Positions 19,723-30,595 of a stretch of DNA of 64,000 nt are shown one piece after another; the stretch's first letter is position 1, and each line of letters begins with the position of its first letter. The notes under the pieces were generated by a model, which saw nothing but the letters and a program-made list of their open reading frames with translations, was not told the origin of the DNA and did no database searches. The DNA lies in the NCBI GenBank assembly GCA_039630575.1, contig JBCNUW010000002.1, forward strand, positions 76,668-140,667, given 5' to 3'. The stretch is from Candidatus Hydrothermales bacterium. Lineage in GTDB: Bacteria; Hydrothermota; Hydrothermia; Hydrothermales; JAJRUZ01. The position numbers and the translations under genes were made by a program.

Positions 19723-20523
19723 ATGTTTTATTCATTATCCACATTTACTTATCTTATAACTCTAATTTTTATTATATCGTTAGTATATTTATATTTGATC
19801 CAAAAAATTAGGGAAAAGGGAATTATATTTAAATTTTTTTTAGGAATTCTACTAATTGTATATTCTTTCTATACAGGCTTTTTTATAGGGGTTATGGTTT
19901 TTTCTCCAGAGGGAGGTTTAAAAATTAGTATTATTTTTGGCAACATCCTTTCTTTTTCTATAATTCTCCAAAGAGGAACAGTATTCTTAATAGAATATTT
20001 TAAATTTAAAAATGTTTTATCTCACTACTTCAAAAAAGAAAAAGTTTTAATCTCCTATAACAATTACATAGCAATGAAAAAACTTGCAGAAAATTATGTG
20101 AAGATGGGAGAATACGAAAAGGCAAAAAAGATACTTAAAGAAACTTTAGAAAACATAAAAGAAGAATCAATTAAAATGAATTTAAATATGGAAATAGATA
20201 ATCTTGAAGCTTTTTTGAGATCAATAAAATCAGAGGAAAAAAAGGTTTGTAAATTTTGTAAAAATGAAATTTTTAAAGATAGTATAATATGTAATTTTTG
20301 TGAAAAAGTTCAATATCCAATATCACCCTACATTTTTTTTAAAGAATTATTTAAAATAAATCCGAGGATTTTTATTGTCATTCCTTTATTCTTTTTTTTC
20401 ATTTCTCTTACGATTAAATTTTCTTTAGCATTTTCCTACATATTTCTTTTCCTCGCCTTATATTTTCTGATTTATAATCCATTTGGAGATTTAAAAGTCC
20501 CATCAAAAGAGGAATTTGATTAA
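19723..20523 (+). CDS. Membrane protein with TPR-like segment and a CxxC...CxxC zinc-ribbon motif
   Basis: Several TM segments at both ends. CKFCKNEIFKDSIICNFCEK. Confidence 0.4.
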   Translation: MFYSLSTFTYLITLIFIISLVYLYLIQKIREKGIIFKFFLGILLIVYSFYTGFFIGVMVFSPEGGLKISIIFGNILSFSIILQRGTVFLIEYFKFKNVLSHYFKKEKVLISYNNYIAMKKLAENYVKMGEYEKAKKILKETLENIKEESIKMNLNMEIDNLEAFLRSIKSEEKKVCKFCKNEIFKDSIICNFCEKVQYPISPYIFFKELFKINPRIFIVIPLFFFFISLTIKFSLAFSYIFLFLALYFLIYNPFGDLKVPSKEEFD

Positions 20524-20820
20524 AATTAAAATCTATTTATACCCTAAACATTGAGAATTTCCATAAGTGGGTTTATAGATTGGTCTTACCAATAAATTTT
20601 TAAAAGTGCTCAATCACCTTCATACCAAAAATAATGTTGATTTTCTTCCATGAAATTTTACGTGTTCTTTGAAATTCATGCATTAAATTAAAAATTTATT
20701 TAAAGTCCCATAAATTAATAACTCAATTTATAAATCCCCTGCGGTTACTTATATGAGTCTTTACGATCCAAATTTAAAAATTTATTTTTCTTAATCATCT
20801 TTTTTAAATTAAACTAGGAC

Positions 20821-20849
20821 TTGAAATTTATAAAAAATTAAATTATAAT
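20821..20849 (+). promoter_or_regulatory. Sigma70-type promoter of the 5S rRNA gene (TTGAAA-17 nt-TATAAT)
   Basis: TTGAAA at 20821-20826, a 17-nt spacer, TATAAT at 20844-20849. The 5S 5' end lies about 5 nt downstream. Confidence 0.6.
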
Positions 20850-20853
20850 ATAA

Positions 20854-20973
<120 letters not shown>

Positions 20974-20984
20974 TAAATTTAAAA

Positions 20985-21554
20985 TCAGTTTGGGGGAGTT
21001 AGAAATGTATAGATTCCTGCCCCTGTTAAAACCCAAAGAATTTCGGCTGGAACCCTGCCTAGAAGGAGAGCAAAAATAAAATCCCTTAAATTTACTCCGA
21101 TAAATCCAGCAAAATAACACAATAGATCCTTCGGTAGACCAGGTAGAGGAAGTAAAAAAAGTATTGAAAGCCAGAGAAAACTTTTTGATTTTATTTTTTC
21201 TCTATATTTCTCTAACCTCTCAAATTTTTTTAATTTTAAAAATTTTTTCTCCCCTACTCTACCAAGAAAAAATCCTAAAAGGGACCCCAAAAAGTTTCCA
21301 AGAAGTGCAAGAAAAATTCCAGGTATAAAACCATAAAAAAAGCCTATAAGAAAGGGAAATATTTGACCAGGTAAAGGAGCAACTATTACCTGAAAAGAGT
21401 GAAAAAAAATCAATAGTACAGGACCCAAAACCCCAGCCCGATTTACTATCTCTATCACTCTTGCTTTATTATAAGGATATAACAAGACCAAAATGGATAC
21501 TATAAAAATTATAAGGAGTACAGTTGCAAAAAAAATAAAAAACCTTTTTAACAT
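20985..21554 (-). CDS. DedA/TVP38/SNARE-associated family membrane protein
   Basis: Contains a VIVAPLPGQ segment of the kind conserved in DedA/TVP38 proteins. Multiple TM segments. Confidence 0.7.
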   Translation of the reverse strand: MLKRFFIFFATVLLIIFIVSILVLLYPYNKARVIEIVNRAGVLGPVLLIFFHSFQVIVAPLPGQIFPFLIGFFYGFIPGIFLALLGNFLGSLLGFFLGRVGEKKFLKLKKFERLEKYREKIKSKSFLWLSILFLLPLPGLPKDLLCYFAGFIGVNLRDFIFALLLGRVPAEILWVLTGAGIYTFLTPPN

Positions 21555-21664
21555 CTTCTTTAATTAAATAATAAGTCAAAAAATTTTAAAATATCTCTCT
21601 AAAGACAAAAATATTTTTAAAAAAGTTAAGATTTAAGTTATAATAATAAACCCAAAAAGATAAA

Positions 21665-22072
21665 ATGGGCTTTATAAAGTGGGACGAAAAATTTTCTACA
21701 GGTGTTGAGCAAATTGATGATCAGCATAAAAAATTTGTGGAAATTATTAATGAGCTACACAACGCAATGAAACAAGGAAAAGGAAAAGAAATTGTTAAAA
21801 AGATTCTAAATGAGCTTAAAAGCTATTCGGTATATCATTTTAAAACCGAAGAAACTTACATGACTAAATATAAATATCAGGAATATCAAGAACATAAAAA
21901 TGATCACGAATTTTTCAAAACTAAAGTTAAAGAATTATTAGATAAAGATGAAAAAGGGTATCTTGGACTCAGCATTGAAACTTTAAACTTCATGAAGAAT
22001 TGGCTAATAAAACATATACTCACCACAGATAAAAAGTTAGCAAATATCTTGTTACAAAAATCGGATCAATAA
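21665..22072 (+). CDS. Bacteriohemerythrin (hemerythrin-like metal-binding protein)
   Basis: W..F..G...IDDQHK, HF..EE..M......HK..H, WL.KHI..TD, i.e. the His/Asp iron ligands of hemerythrin, in 135 aa. Confidence 0.75.
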   Translation: MGFIKWDEKFSTGVEQIDDQHKKFVEIINELHNAMKQGKGKEIVKKILNELKSYSVYHFKTEETYMTKYKYQEYQEHKNDHEFFKTKVKELLDKDEKGYLGLSIETLNFMKNWLIKHILTTDKKLANILLQKSDQ

Positions 22073-23280
22073 GACTTTCTTGTAAAAGAAAGCGAAATTC
22101 CTAAAAGAATACTGTTTATAATAAAATTAGTTCCACCATAGGAGAAAAATGTAAGAGGGATACCTGTTAATGGTAATAGACCTAAAACGCCTCCAATATT
22201 TACAAAAAAAGCGTAGAAAATAGACGAAAAAGTTCCGAGAACAAAAAAAGCCTCAAAGCCTTCTTTTTCTTTACTCAAATTTAAAATTGAGCTAAGTAAG
22301 AAAAAGTAAAGCAAGATTAAAAAAAGTGATCCCAAAAATCCAAATTCTTCAGCAAAGGATGCAAAGGCAAAATCAGAATATGCCTGTGGTAAAAAGGCAA
22401 GAGACTTATGTGAACCTTTCAAAAAACCTTTACCTAAAATACCACCTGAACCAATGGCGAGCTTGCCTTGCAAAACTTGCCAACCTGCACCTTTTGGATC
22501 CTCTGCCGGATTTAAAAAATACTTCAGTCTTTTTCGCTGATACTCCTTTAAAAGATTATTATACACAAATGGAACTGTTAAACCTGGTAGCAAAATAGCA
22601 ATCGAGAGTAAAATTCTATCAAATGCCTTAAAACTTTTAATAAAAAAAACTAACAAAAGCGATAAAGTAGAAAATATGAAAAAACTTATAAAATTAAGGG
22701 AGGAAATAATTGATAAAGACGAAAATATATAAAATAATTTCACGCCAACGCTAAAATTCAAAACAAAAATATAAACACCAAAAAGAAAAATATAAAAGAA
22801 AGCAGATCCAAGATCAGGTTCTACTAAAACTAAAGAAAATGGAATAAGGTAGAGAAAAAACATTTTGAATGACTCAAAATAATCTCTCTTTTTAATAAGT
22901 GAACAGTTCAATGAATAAAAATAAATCAGAAAAGGCTTCACTGCATCTGAAACCTGAAATGAAAAATTACCTATACGAAGCCACCTTTTTATACCTTCTT
23001 CCTTAACAAGAACTAAAACAAGAAGAAAAATACTGATTAAAAAGAATAAATAATAAAACTCTCTCCACTTTGGTAAATTTATCTTGCTAAAAAAGATTAA
23101 TAAAGAAAAACCAAGTATAAAGTAAACAAGGTGCCTTAAAAATAAATGTCCTCCAAAAGAACGTGAAATTGAAAAAATATTCAATATACCTAAAAAGGAA
23201 ATAAGTAAATATATAATTAAAACTCTATTGTAAACTTTTAAGATATTTTTCATTAAGCCAATTAACCACCTTTCCAGCAA
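22066..23280 (-). CDS. rodA: Peptidoglycan glycosyltransferase RodA (SEDS family)
   Basis: FtsW/RodA signature region LAIGSGGILGKGFLKGSHKSLAFLPQAYSDFAFASFAEEFG. Lies downstream of mrdA within the mreBCD-mrdA array. The true start is probably an internal Met, because the ORF overlaps mrdA by 56 nt. Confidence 0.8.
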   Translation of the reverse strand: MLERWLIGLMKNILKVYNRVLIIYLLISFLGILNIFSISRSFGGHLFLRHLVYFILGFSLLIFFSKINLPKWREFYYLFFLISIFLLVLVLVKEEGIKRWLRIGNFSFQVSDAVKPFLIYFYSLNCSLIKKRDYFESFKMFFLYLIPFSLVLVEPDLGSAFFYIFLFGVYIFVLNFSVGVKLFYIFSSLSIISSLNFISFFIFSTLSLLLVFFIKSFKAFDRILLSIAILLPGLTVPFVYNNLLKEYQRKRLKYFLNPAEDPKGAGWQVLQGKLAIGSGGILGKGFLKGSHKSLAFLPQAYSDFAFASFAEEFGFLGSLFLILLYFFLLSSILNLSKEKEGFEAFFVLGTFSSIFYAFFVNIGGVLGLLPLTGIPLTFFSYGGTNFIINSILLGISLSFTRKSY

Positions 23281-24832
23281 TTGGAGCAGCTATCTCACCT
23301 CCCATACCAATATTCTCAACAATCACATAAACTGTAAATTTTGGATCATCAAAGGGGAAAAAACAAGCAAACTGAGCATGATCCTTACCAAAGGGATTTT
23401 GTGCTGTTCCTGTCTTACCCACAATCTTCAAACCTGGAACATAACTCAACCTTCCTGTTCCCTCTTCACCGTGCACCACTTTTAAAAGTGCTTTTTTTAA
23501 AATTCTTATGTTCTCCTTTTTGAAAGGTAATTCAACTTCTTCCACCTTTAAATCCTTTAAAAGAAAAGGGGAAGGTGCTTTCCCATCACAAGCAATTAAA
23601 GAAAATAAAAATGCTATCTGTAGTGGAGTCATAAGAATTTCTCCCTGACCAATTCCAAGATTTAAAACATTCCCCTCACCAAATCCATACTTCCCATATT
23701 TTTTAATATAAAAGTTAAAATCTGGCCTAAATCCATTTTTCTCTTCAAACAAGTCAATCCCTGTCTTTTCAAAGATTTTTAATTTTTCTAGGTAACTTAA
23801 AAATCTTTTTAAACCAATCCTTCTTGAAATTTCATAAAAATAAACATCACAAGAAACTTCTATAGCCTTAAAGAAATTCACAAAACCATGTCCCTCTTTT
23901 TTCCAATCCTTAAAAACTCTGTTACCAAATCTATATACTCCATCACAATTTATAGTTTTGTTTGTATCAATTAAATTCTCTTCAAGAGCTATTAAAGCTG
24001 TGATAACCTTAAAAATACTACCTGGCGGATATAAACCCTGAATACACCTGTTTAAAAGTGGATGGAGAGAATCGTTTACAACTTTCGAAAGTTCTTCCTT
24101 TTCAGTTTTCCCTGTAAGATAATTTAAGTTATATGCGGGTTTTGAATATAAAGCTAAAACTTCTCCAGATTTTGGATTCATAACAACACATGCGCCCTTA
24201 TTAAAAGGTTTAAAGAGAGAATCAATAAACCTCCCAAGCTCCATATCAAGATTAACAGTTATATCTCTACCATCGATAGGCTCTAGTGGAGGTCTTGTCT
24301 CCCTATTATAAACTCTTCCTTTCACATCCATTAAAAGAAATTTATAACCATCTGAGCCTCTTAAAATATCATCATAAAATTTTTCCAATCCCACTTTTCC
24401 AATCCTTAATAATGGATCTATCCCTCTTTCTACATCCTTTTTATCAGGAAGACCTGTATAACCTATAGTTTGAGCAAAAATATTTTCAAAGGGATAATAC
24501 CTATATAGTAAAGCATAAACATTAAAAAGTTTTGAAGAATCAGGATCCTCTAAATATCTAATAACCTCCTCCATTTGAACATCTTCTTTATACAAAGAGT
24601 CTCCTTTTAATAATCTGAAGCCTGTTCGCCAATAAGATACTATTATTCCGTTTCTATCTAAAATTTTACCTCTTTTGGAAGGAAGTCTTATCTTCTTTGA
24701 TTTTATCTCAATTGCTTTTTTTTCAAAAAATTCTCCCTTTAAAACTTGATAATCAAAAAGTTTTAAAAAAAACAAAAAAAATGAAAAAATTAAAAATGAA
24801 TTTAAAACTTTAATACTAAAATCCTTTTCCAT
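23225..24832 (-). CDS. mrdA: Penicillin-binding protein 2 (elongasome transpeptidase)
   Basis: SIFK (SxxK), SCD (SxN/D) and KTGTA (KTG) motifs. Position between mreD and rodA. Confidence 0.85.
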   Translation of the reverse strand: MEKDFSIKVLNSFLIFSFFLFFLKLFDYQVLKGEFFEKKAIEIKSKKIRLPSKRGKILDRNGIIVSYWRTGFRLLKGDSLYKEDVQMEEVIRYLEDPDSSKLFNVYALLYRYYPFENIFAQTIGYTGLPDKKDVERGIDPLLRIGKVGLEKFYDDILRGSDGYKFLLMDVKGRVYNRETRPPLEPIDGRDITVNLDMELGRFIDSLFKPFNKGACVVMNPKSGEVLALYSKPAYNLNYLTGKTEKEELSKVVNDSLHPLLNRCIQGLYPPGSIFKVITALIALEENLIDTNKTINCDGVYRFGNRVFKDWKKEGHGFVNFFKAIEVSCDVYFYEISRRIGLKRFLSYLEKLKIFEKTGIDLFEEKNGFRPDFNFYIKKYGKYGFGEGNVLNLGIGQGEILMTPLQIAFLFSLIACDGKAPSPFLLKDLKVEEVELPFKKENIRILKKALLKVVHGEEGTGRLSYVPGLKIVGKTGTAQNPFGKDHAQFACFFPFDDPKFTVYVIVENIGMGGEIAAPIAGKVVNWLNEKYLKSLQ

Positions 24833-25206
24833 GGTATCGAATGAACAAAGGAAAATAATACAAAAGTGAAAAAAAAGAAATAGAAGCCTTTTAAAAAGAT
24901 TAACGGACTAAATATTAGAATATTTCTTAAAAGTTGCGTAATGAAAATTGTAAAATTAATCTTATTTTTAAAGTAGTAATATAACATAAAAGTTACAATT
25001 AAAAAAAAAGTTAAAGGAACTTCTGAAAAATAATCATAAAAAACTCCAAAAATAAATAAATAAATAAAACTTAATGGTCTAACATCATCAATAACTATAA
25101 GAAACATAACAATTAAAGAAATATCTAAAGGTAAGTAAGGAAAAAAAATTTTTGATACAGGTAGTATGAAAAAAAGATTAAAAACAAAAATTAAGAAATT
25201 AATCAT
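24802..25206 (-). CDS. mreD: Rod shape-determining protein MreD
   Basis: Small polytopic membrane protein between mreC and mrdA. Confidence 0.6.
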   Translation of the reverse strand: MINFLIFVFNLFFILPVSKIFFPYLPLDISLIVMFLIVIDDVRPLSFIYLFIFGVFYDYFSEVPLTFFLIVTFMLYYYFKNKINFTIFITQLLRNILIFSPLIFLKGFYFFFFTFVLFSFVHSIPWKRILVLKF

Positions 25207-25862
25207 GGTCTAGGTGGAACAACATAATAAAAACAATACTTTTCCGGTTTCCATAAAGGAGATACATATATTTCAAAAAAAATTTCTCCCTTTTTTTCTA
25301 CTATACTATCTACAATAAAAGCTGGTATACCACTAGGAAAATTTTCTGTAATACCACTTGTATATAAAGTATCACCTTTGTTTATCTCACCCCAAGAAGG
25401 ATAAAAATAAACAATTCCAAACCTCCCACCGGTTCCCTGATATATTGATAAAATGTTATACTTTGAAATTAAGGAACACTTAAAATCCTCATTGAAAACA
25501 GTTTTAACTTTTAAAAAGTTTTTGTTAACCTCCAAAACTTTACCAACTAAAGCACCTTCTGTTACAACTACATCTCCCTTTTGCCCCTCTCCCTTTAAGA
25601 TAAGATTTTTTGGATAGGGAAAATCATCATAATAAACCGGAAAATTAACAAAAAGGGGAACCTCATGTTTTTTTAATTTAAATTTTAAACCCTCGAGTTT
25701 TTTCTCTCTAATATATAAAAAGGAATGAATTTCGTTATAAATATAAAAGTAAGGATAATAAATATAATTCTCAATTTTTTCATCAATAAAGGTTCTAATT
25801 TTTTTATTAAATGTCAAAAGTGAAAAAAACAATAAAAAGAAAAAATAAAGAAACTTACTCAA
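25203..25862 (-). CDS. mreC: Rod shape-determining protein MreC
   Basis: N-terminal TM/coiled region, then beta-rich repeats GDVVVTEGALVGKVLEV...GDTLYTSGITENFPSGIPAFIVDSIV. Synteny with mreB. Confidence 0.8.
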   Translation of the reverse strand: MSKFLYFFFLLFFSLLTFNKKIRTFIDEKIENYIYYPYFYIYNEIHSFLYIREKKLEGLKFKLKKHEVPLFVNFPVYYDDFPYPKNLILKGEGQKGDVVVTEGALVGKVLEVNKNFLKVKTVFNEDFKCSLISKYNILSIYQGTGGRFGIVYFYPSWGEINKGDTLYTSGITENFPSGIPAFIVDSIVEKKGEIFFEIYVSPLWKPEKYCFYYVVPPRP

Positions 25863-26907
25863 ATATTCTTTTTCTTTCTCTTAAAAGAACCTTCTCATAA
25901 ATTTCAAGGTTGTCAATGATTTTTCCTGCTCCCCTCACTACACATGTCCTTGGATCATCCGCAACTCTTACAGGAAGACCTGTAGCCTCCTGAATTAAAA
26001 TATCTAAGTTCCTAAGTAAAGCACCACCTCCTGTTAGATAAATTCCTCTATCGATTATATCTGAAGAAAGCTCTGGTGGCGTCTTGTCAAGAGCCTTTTT
26101 TGTTGAATCTATTATTTGAGCAAGAGGTTCTTTTAGAGCCTCTCTCACCTCGCTAGATGTTATCTTAATAGTCCGAGGAATTCCCTTTACTAAATCTCTT
26201 CCCCTTACTTCCATCTCTCTTTCATCGCCAATTGGTAAACAGTTCCCAATTTCAATTTTAATTCTTTCAGCAGTTTGATCACCAATCAAAACATTATATT
26301 TCTTTTTAACATACTCTATAATCGATTCGTCTAACTCATCTCCAGCAACTCGTGTTGAAACATTTGAAACAATTCCATTTAGAGCAATCACAGCAATCTC
26401 AGTAGTTCCACCTCCAATATCTATTACCATATTTCCAACAGGCTCTGAAATAGGAAGACCAATTCCAACTGCTGCAGCAATCGGTTCAGCCACAAGAAAA
26501 ACGTCCCTTGCACCTGCATGAATTGCTGAATCCCTTACTGCTCTAATCTCTACCTCAGTTATCCCAGATGGAACACATATGAGAATTTTTGGATGCAAAA
26601 ATAAAGACTTTTTAGTTACCTTAGTTATAAAATAATGAAGCATCTCCTGAACTAAAGCAAAATCTGCTATAACACCATCTTTCATCGGTCTTCTAGCAAC
26701 AATCTCACCTGGAGTTTTACCTAGCATCTTCTTAGCCTCACTTCCCACAGCTATGACTTTTCCTGATTCTTTCTCAACAGCAACTACCGAAGGTTCATCC
26801 AAAACAATTCCTTTTTCTTTTAAATAAATCAAAGTAGTTGCAGTACCAAGATCAATAGCTATCTCATTACCAAGAAAAAAATCAAAAAACTTGAAAAAAT
26901 TTTTCAC
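25855..26907 (-). CDS. mreB: Rod shape-determining protein MreB (actin homolog)
   Basis: IAIDLGTATTLIY, DGVIADF, DIGGGTTEIAVI and the RNLDILIQEATGLPV...DPRTCVVRG C-terminal segment are typical of MreB. Confidence 0.9.
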   Translation of the reverse strand: MKNFFKFFDFFLGNEIAIDLGTATTLIYLKEKGIVLDEPSVVAVEKESGKVIAVGSEAKKMLGKTPGEIVARRPMKDGVIADFALVQEMLHYFITKVTKKSLFLHPKILICVPSGITEVEIRAVRDSAIHAGARDVFLVAEPIAAAVGIGLPISEPVGNMVIDIGGGTTEIAVIALNGIVSNVSTRVAGDELDESIIEYVKKKYNVLIGDQTAERIKIEIGNCLPIGDEREMEVRGRDLVKGIPRTIKITSSEVREALKEPLAQIIDSTKKALDKTPPELSSDIIDRGIYLTGGGALLRNLDILIQEATGLPVRVADDPRTCVVRGAGKIIDNLEIYEKVLLRERKRIFE

Positions 26908-26919
26908 GTTAATTAATAT

Positions 26920-27120
26920 TTAATAATTTTTTCCAAATTTTTCCCTTAAAATTGTTTTAACTCTCGCAATATCTCTTTTAAATTTTCTAATCTCAGTGGG
27001 CTTCTCAATACTACCCAACACCTTCTTTGTTCTTAACTCAAATAATTTCTCTTTTAATTCTTTTAAAATTCTTAATAGTTCTTCTTGATCAAGTTCTCTA
27101 AGTTCAGAAGCCTTCACCAT
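26920..27120 (-). CDS. rpmC: 50S ribosomal protein L29
   Basis: 66 aa, [30 protein letters not shown]... Confidence 0.85.
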   Translation of the reverse strand: MVKASELRELDQEELLRILKELKEKLFELRTKKVLGSIEKPTEIRKFKRDIARVKTILREKFGKNY

Positions 27121-27533
27121 CCTCCCTCCCTTTGAGTAACAAATCTTGTTTTTATTGGCAACTTATGAGAAGCCAGTTCGAAAGCCCTTCTTGCAACATC
27201 CTCTGAAACACCAGCAAGTTCAAAAAGAATCCTACCTCTTTTTACAACAGCTACATAATGATCAACATTTCCCTTACCCTTTCCCATCCTGGTCTCTGCT
27301 GGCTTTTTGGAAACGGGTTTATCAGGAAATATCCTTATCCACAATTTACCACCTTTTTTTAAATACCTACCAATAGCTAACCTACATGCTTCAATTTGAT
27401 TTGCTTTAATCCAGGCAGACTCAAGTGCTTTTAAACCATACTCTCCAAAAGCAAGATAACATCCATCAATCGCTTTTCCTTTCCTCCTTCCTCTATGTTG
27501 TTTTCTATATTTCATTCTTTTAGGTTGAAGCAT
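27114..27533 (-). CDS. rplP: 50S ribosomal protein L16
   Basis: [21 protein letters not shown]... N-terminus. Confidence 0.9.
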   Translation of the reverse strand: MLQPKRMKYRKQHRGRRKGKAIDGCYLAFGEYGLKALESAWIKANQIEACRLAIGRYLKKGGKLWIRIFPDKPVSKKPAETRMGKGKGNVDHYVAVVKRGRILFELAGVSEDVARRAFELASHKLPIKTRFVTQREGGW

Positions 27534-27535
27534 AT

Positions 27536-28192
27536 TTAAACCTCCTCAATTTCAGGTTTTTCAAGAATATCACCTTTATATATCCAAACTTTAACACCTA
27601 TTGTTCCATACCTTGTAAAAGAAGTAGAAAAACCATAATCAATATCTGCCCTTATAGTCTGTAAAGGAACTCTACCCTGCATATACCCTTCCTTTCTTGC
27701 CAATTCTGCTCCTTGAAGTCTTCCTTTACATTGAACTTTTATTCCTTTTGCCCCCATTCTTAAAGCCTGTGAAACAGCCCTCTTCATGGCTCTCCTGTGA
27801 GAAACCTGCTGCTCTATTCTCCTTGCAATACCATCCGCAACAAGCTGAGCATCTAGTTCCGGAACTCTTATTTCCTGAACATGAATAGTTATATTTTCGT
27901 TTTTTAAAAGTGTGGAAAGTTCTTTTTTTACAAGTTCTATTTCCTTTCCCTTTTGTCCGATTACCATACCCGGAGAAGCAGTATAAACTGTGACAGTTAT
28001 TTGATCACCAGCTCTATCAATGATAACATCAGAAATTCTTGCATCCTTATATCTCTCTCTTAAATAAGTCCTAATTTTATTATCCTCATCAAAATATTTC
28101 ACATACTCAGCTCTCCTATCTGCAAACCAGTGTGCCTTCCAATCTTTATTTATACCAAGCCTAAAACCATAAGGATGAACTTTTTGACCCAT
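27536..28192 (-). CDS. rpsC: 30S ribosomal protein S3
   Basis: [24 protein letters not shown]... with KH domain. Confidence 0.9.
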   Translation of the reverse strand: MGQKVHPYGFRLGINKDWKAHWFADRRAEYVKYFDEDNKIRTYLRERYKDARISDVIIDRAGDQITVTVYTASPGMVIGQKGKEIELVKKELSTLLKNENITIHVQEIRVPELDAQLVADGIARRIEQQVSHRRAMKRAVSQALRMGAKGIKVQCKGRLQGAELARKEGYMQGRVPLQTIRADIDYGFSTSFTRYGTIGVKVWIYKGDILEKPEIEEV

Positions 28193-28545
28193 TACTTTAC
28201 CTCCTCCACCACAACTGTAAAATGAGCTGTATGTCTTCTTGCAATTCTTGGTGCTCCTCTAAATCCTGGTCTTAGGATTCTCCAAGTGGAACCTTTATCA
28301 ACTTTACAAACTTTAACCATCAAGTTATTAAAATCAACGTCATCAAACTTTATACCCTTTTTTATTGCCCAGGAATTGCAAGCAGATTTTACTGCTTTGT
28401 AAAGTAATTTTGCCGGTTTTTTTGTAAGAAAATACAAAGTATCTAAAGCCTCTTTAGCAGTTTTTCCTCTTATAGCTTCACATATCCTCTTTGATTTTTT
28501 AAAAGATGTTCTCAGATACCTTATCCTGGCAACTCCCTCAACCAT
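28192..28545 (-). CDS. rplV: 50S ribosomal protein L22
   Basis: Start reassigned to the internal Met (MVEGVARIRYLRTSFKKSKRICEAIRGK...). The 30-aa N-terminal extension in the ORF track overlaps rpsS and is not L22-like. Confidence 0.85.
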   Translation of the reverse strand: MVEGVARIRYLRTSFKKSKRICEAIRGKTAKEALDTLYFLTKKPAKLLYKAVKSACNSWAIKKGIKFDDVDFNNLMVKVCKVDKGSTWRILRPGFRGAPRIARRHTAHFTVVVEEVK

Positions 28546-28546
28546 T

Positions 28547-28834
28547 TTATCCCTCCTTTTTTGCTTCCTTTTCCCTCTGACCCTTGTGTCCTCTAAATGT
28601 GCGTGTTGGTGAAAACTCACCAAGTTTATGACCAACCATTAATTCTGTTATATATACTGGAATGAACTTCCTTCCATTGTGCACCTGTATTGTTAAACCT
28701 ACCATCTCAGGAATAACAGTGCTTCTTCTTGAATATGTTTTTATGGGAGTTACATCACCTTTTTGTTTTGCTTCCAAAATTTTTTTTAAAAGTTTTGGAT
28801 CAACATAAACTCCCTTTTTACTTGATCTGGGCAT
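28547..28834 (-). CDS. rpsS: 30S ribosomal protein S19
   Basis: [19 protein letters not shown]...[29 protein letters not shown]. Confidence 0.9.
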   Translation of the reverse strand: MPRSSKKGVYVDPKLLKKILEAKQKGDVTPIKTYSRRSTVIPEMVGLTIQVHNGRKFIPVYITELMVGHKLGEFSPTRTFRGHKGQREKEAKKEG

Positions 28835-28836
28835 AA

Positions 28837-29658
28837 TTATTTTCTCCTTTTTATTATGAATCTACTTGAAACTTTTCTTGGATTTCTTGTTTTCTTACCT
28901 TTTGTGATTTTTCCCCACGGAGTTTTTGGAATTTTCCCTTTTGTTCTTCCTTCACCTCCACCATGAGGGTGATCACATGGGTTCATTGCTGTACCCCTCA
29001 CATGAGGTTTTTTACCCATCCATCTAATTCTACCTGCCTTACCTATTATTATGTTTTCATTATCAAGATTTGAAACTCTTCCTATGGTAGCTAATGATTT
29101 CTGATTTATAAGTCTTATTTCTCCCGAGGGTAGTTGAACATGAGCATACTTTCCCTCCTTTGCTAAAATAATAGCAGCACTTCCGGCAGATCTTACTAAT
29201 TTACCACCCCTACCTGGAATAAGCTCTATGTTGTGAATTTCCATTCCCTCTGGAATTTCTGAGAGTGGTAAAGCATTACCAATTTTCAAAGGAGAACCTG
29301 AACCAGAAACCACCTCATCACCGACCTTTAAACCTTCTGGAGCTAAAATATATCTTTTTTCACCATCCTTATAACATAATAGTGCTATTCTTGCCGTTCT
29401 ATTAGGATCATACTCAATACTTAAAACCTTCGCAGGTATACCAAACTTTTCTCTTTTAAAATCAATAATCCTATATTGCCTTTTGTGACCACCACCTCTA
29501 AACCGAACCGTTATCCTACCATAATTGTTTCTACCAGCTTTCTTTTTAAGTGGTAAAGTTAAGCTTTTTTCAGGTTCTGTTTTTGTAATCTCCTCAAATG
29601 TATAACCTGTCATAAACCTCCTTGAAGGTGTATAAGCTTTATACCTTTTTATACCCAT
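28837..29658 (-). CDS. rplB: 50S ribosomal protein L2
   Basis: [13 protein letters not shown]...[20 protein letters not shown]. Confidence 0.9.
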   Translation of the reverse strand: MGIKRYKAYTPSRRFMTGYTFEEITKTEPEKSLTLPLKKKAGRNNYGRITVRFRGGGHKRQYRIIDFKREKFGIPAKVLSIEYDPNRTARIALLCYKDGEKRYILAPEGLKVGDEVVSGSGSPLKIGNALPLSEIPEGMEIHNIELIPGRGGKLVRSAGSAAIILAKEGKYAHVQLPSGEIRLINQKSLATIGRVSNLDNENIIIGKAGRIRWMGKKPHVRGTAMNPCDHPHGGGEGRTKGKIPKTPWGKITKGKKTRNPRKVSSRFIIKRRK

Positions 29659-29670
29659 ATCACACCCCCT

Positions 29671-29964
29671 CTACATTCCTTCATATAAAGGTATTGTTTC
29701 ACCTTCTTTTAATTTTACATACGCCTTTTTCCATGAGGATGTTCTACCGTATAGTCGATGTCTTAGCCTTTTTGGCTTAGATTTAACATTGAGAGTTCTT
29801 ACTTTTTCAACTTTTACCTTATATAAATTTTCAATTGCCCATTTAATTTCTTTTTTATTTGCATCTTTCCTTACTTTAAAAATATAGTAATTAGATTTTT
29901 CTCTTAAAAATGTTCCTTTTTCAGTTATAAGCGGTGAAATTATAATATCATAAGGACTTTTCAC
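29671..29964 (-). CDS. rplW: 50S ribosomal protein L23
   Basis: 97 aa, ISPLITEK...FKVRKDANKKEIKWAIENLYKVKVEKVRTLN. Confidence 0.85.
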   Translation of the reverse strand: MKSPYDIIISPLITEKGTFLREKSNYYIFKVRKDANKKEIKWAIENLYKVKVEKVRTLNVKSKPKRLRHRLYGRTSSWKKAYVKLKEGETIPLYEGM

Positions 29965-30595
29965 TTTTTAATCCTCCTCTTACTTCTAAAAATTCATTTA
30001 GACCTTCATCTGAAAAAATTATATATTTAGAATTTAATACATCATATGCGTTCACATCTTTTGCTCTTTTGCATTCAACTTTTTCAATATTTTTAAATGC
30101 TAAAAAACTTTTCCTTTCAGAATCAGCAAACAATAAAATAACCTTTTTATCAGTCAACCCAAGACTGTTTATTACTTTTTCCCCTTCTTTTGTTTTTAGT
30201 GTTAAATCCTTAACACCAGTTAATACTTTAACTCTCTCATCCCTTGCTCTATCACTTAAAGCAATATACAGTGCTTTTAATTTAACTTTATAAGGTAAAC
30301 TTATTGAAAAATCCCTTGGTTTAGGACCAAAAACAACTCCTCCCTTTCTCCATATTGGGGATCTAATTGAACCATGCCTTGCCCAACCTGTATGCTTCTG
30401 TGGCCAAGGTTTCCTCCCGCCTCCACTCACTTCTCCCCTTGTCTTTGTATTTGCAGTACCTGCTCTCTTCCTTGATAAGTAATACCTTGTTACAAGCCAA
30501 AGTAAATGCAAGTTAGGTTTTAAATTGAATATATAAGATGGTAACTCTCTTTCACCAATTTCTTTTCCTGTTATGTCAAAAACCTTTGCCTTCAT
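29948..30595 (-). CDS. rplD: 50S ribosomal protein L4
   Basis: TKTRGEVSGGGRKPWPQKHTGWARHGSIRSPIWRKGGVVFGPKPRDF. Confidence 0.9.
   Translation of the reverse strand: MKAKVFDITGKEIGERELPSYIFNLKPNLHLLWLVTRYYLSRKRAGTANTKTRGEVSGGGRKPWPQKHTGWARHGSIRSPIWRKGGVVFGPKPRDFSISLPYKVKLKALYIALSDRARDERVKVLTGVKDLTLKTKEGEKVINSLGLTDKKVILLFADSERKSFLAFKNIEKVECKRAKDVNAYDVLNSKYIIFSDEGLNEFLEVRGGLKSEKSL

Noticed and set aside
28546-28635. 30-aa N-terminal extension of rplV overlapping rpsS
   Set aside because: Not L22-like. The internal Met gives a canonical L22 N-terminus 1 nt after the rpsS stop.
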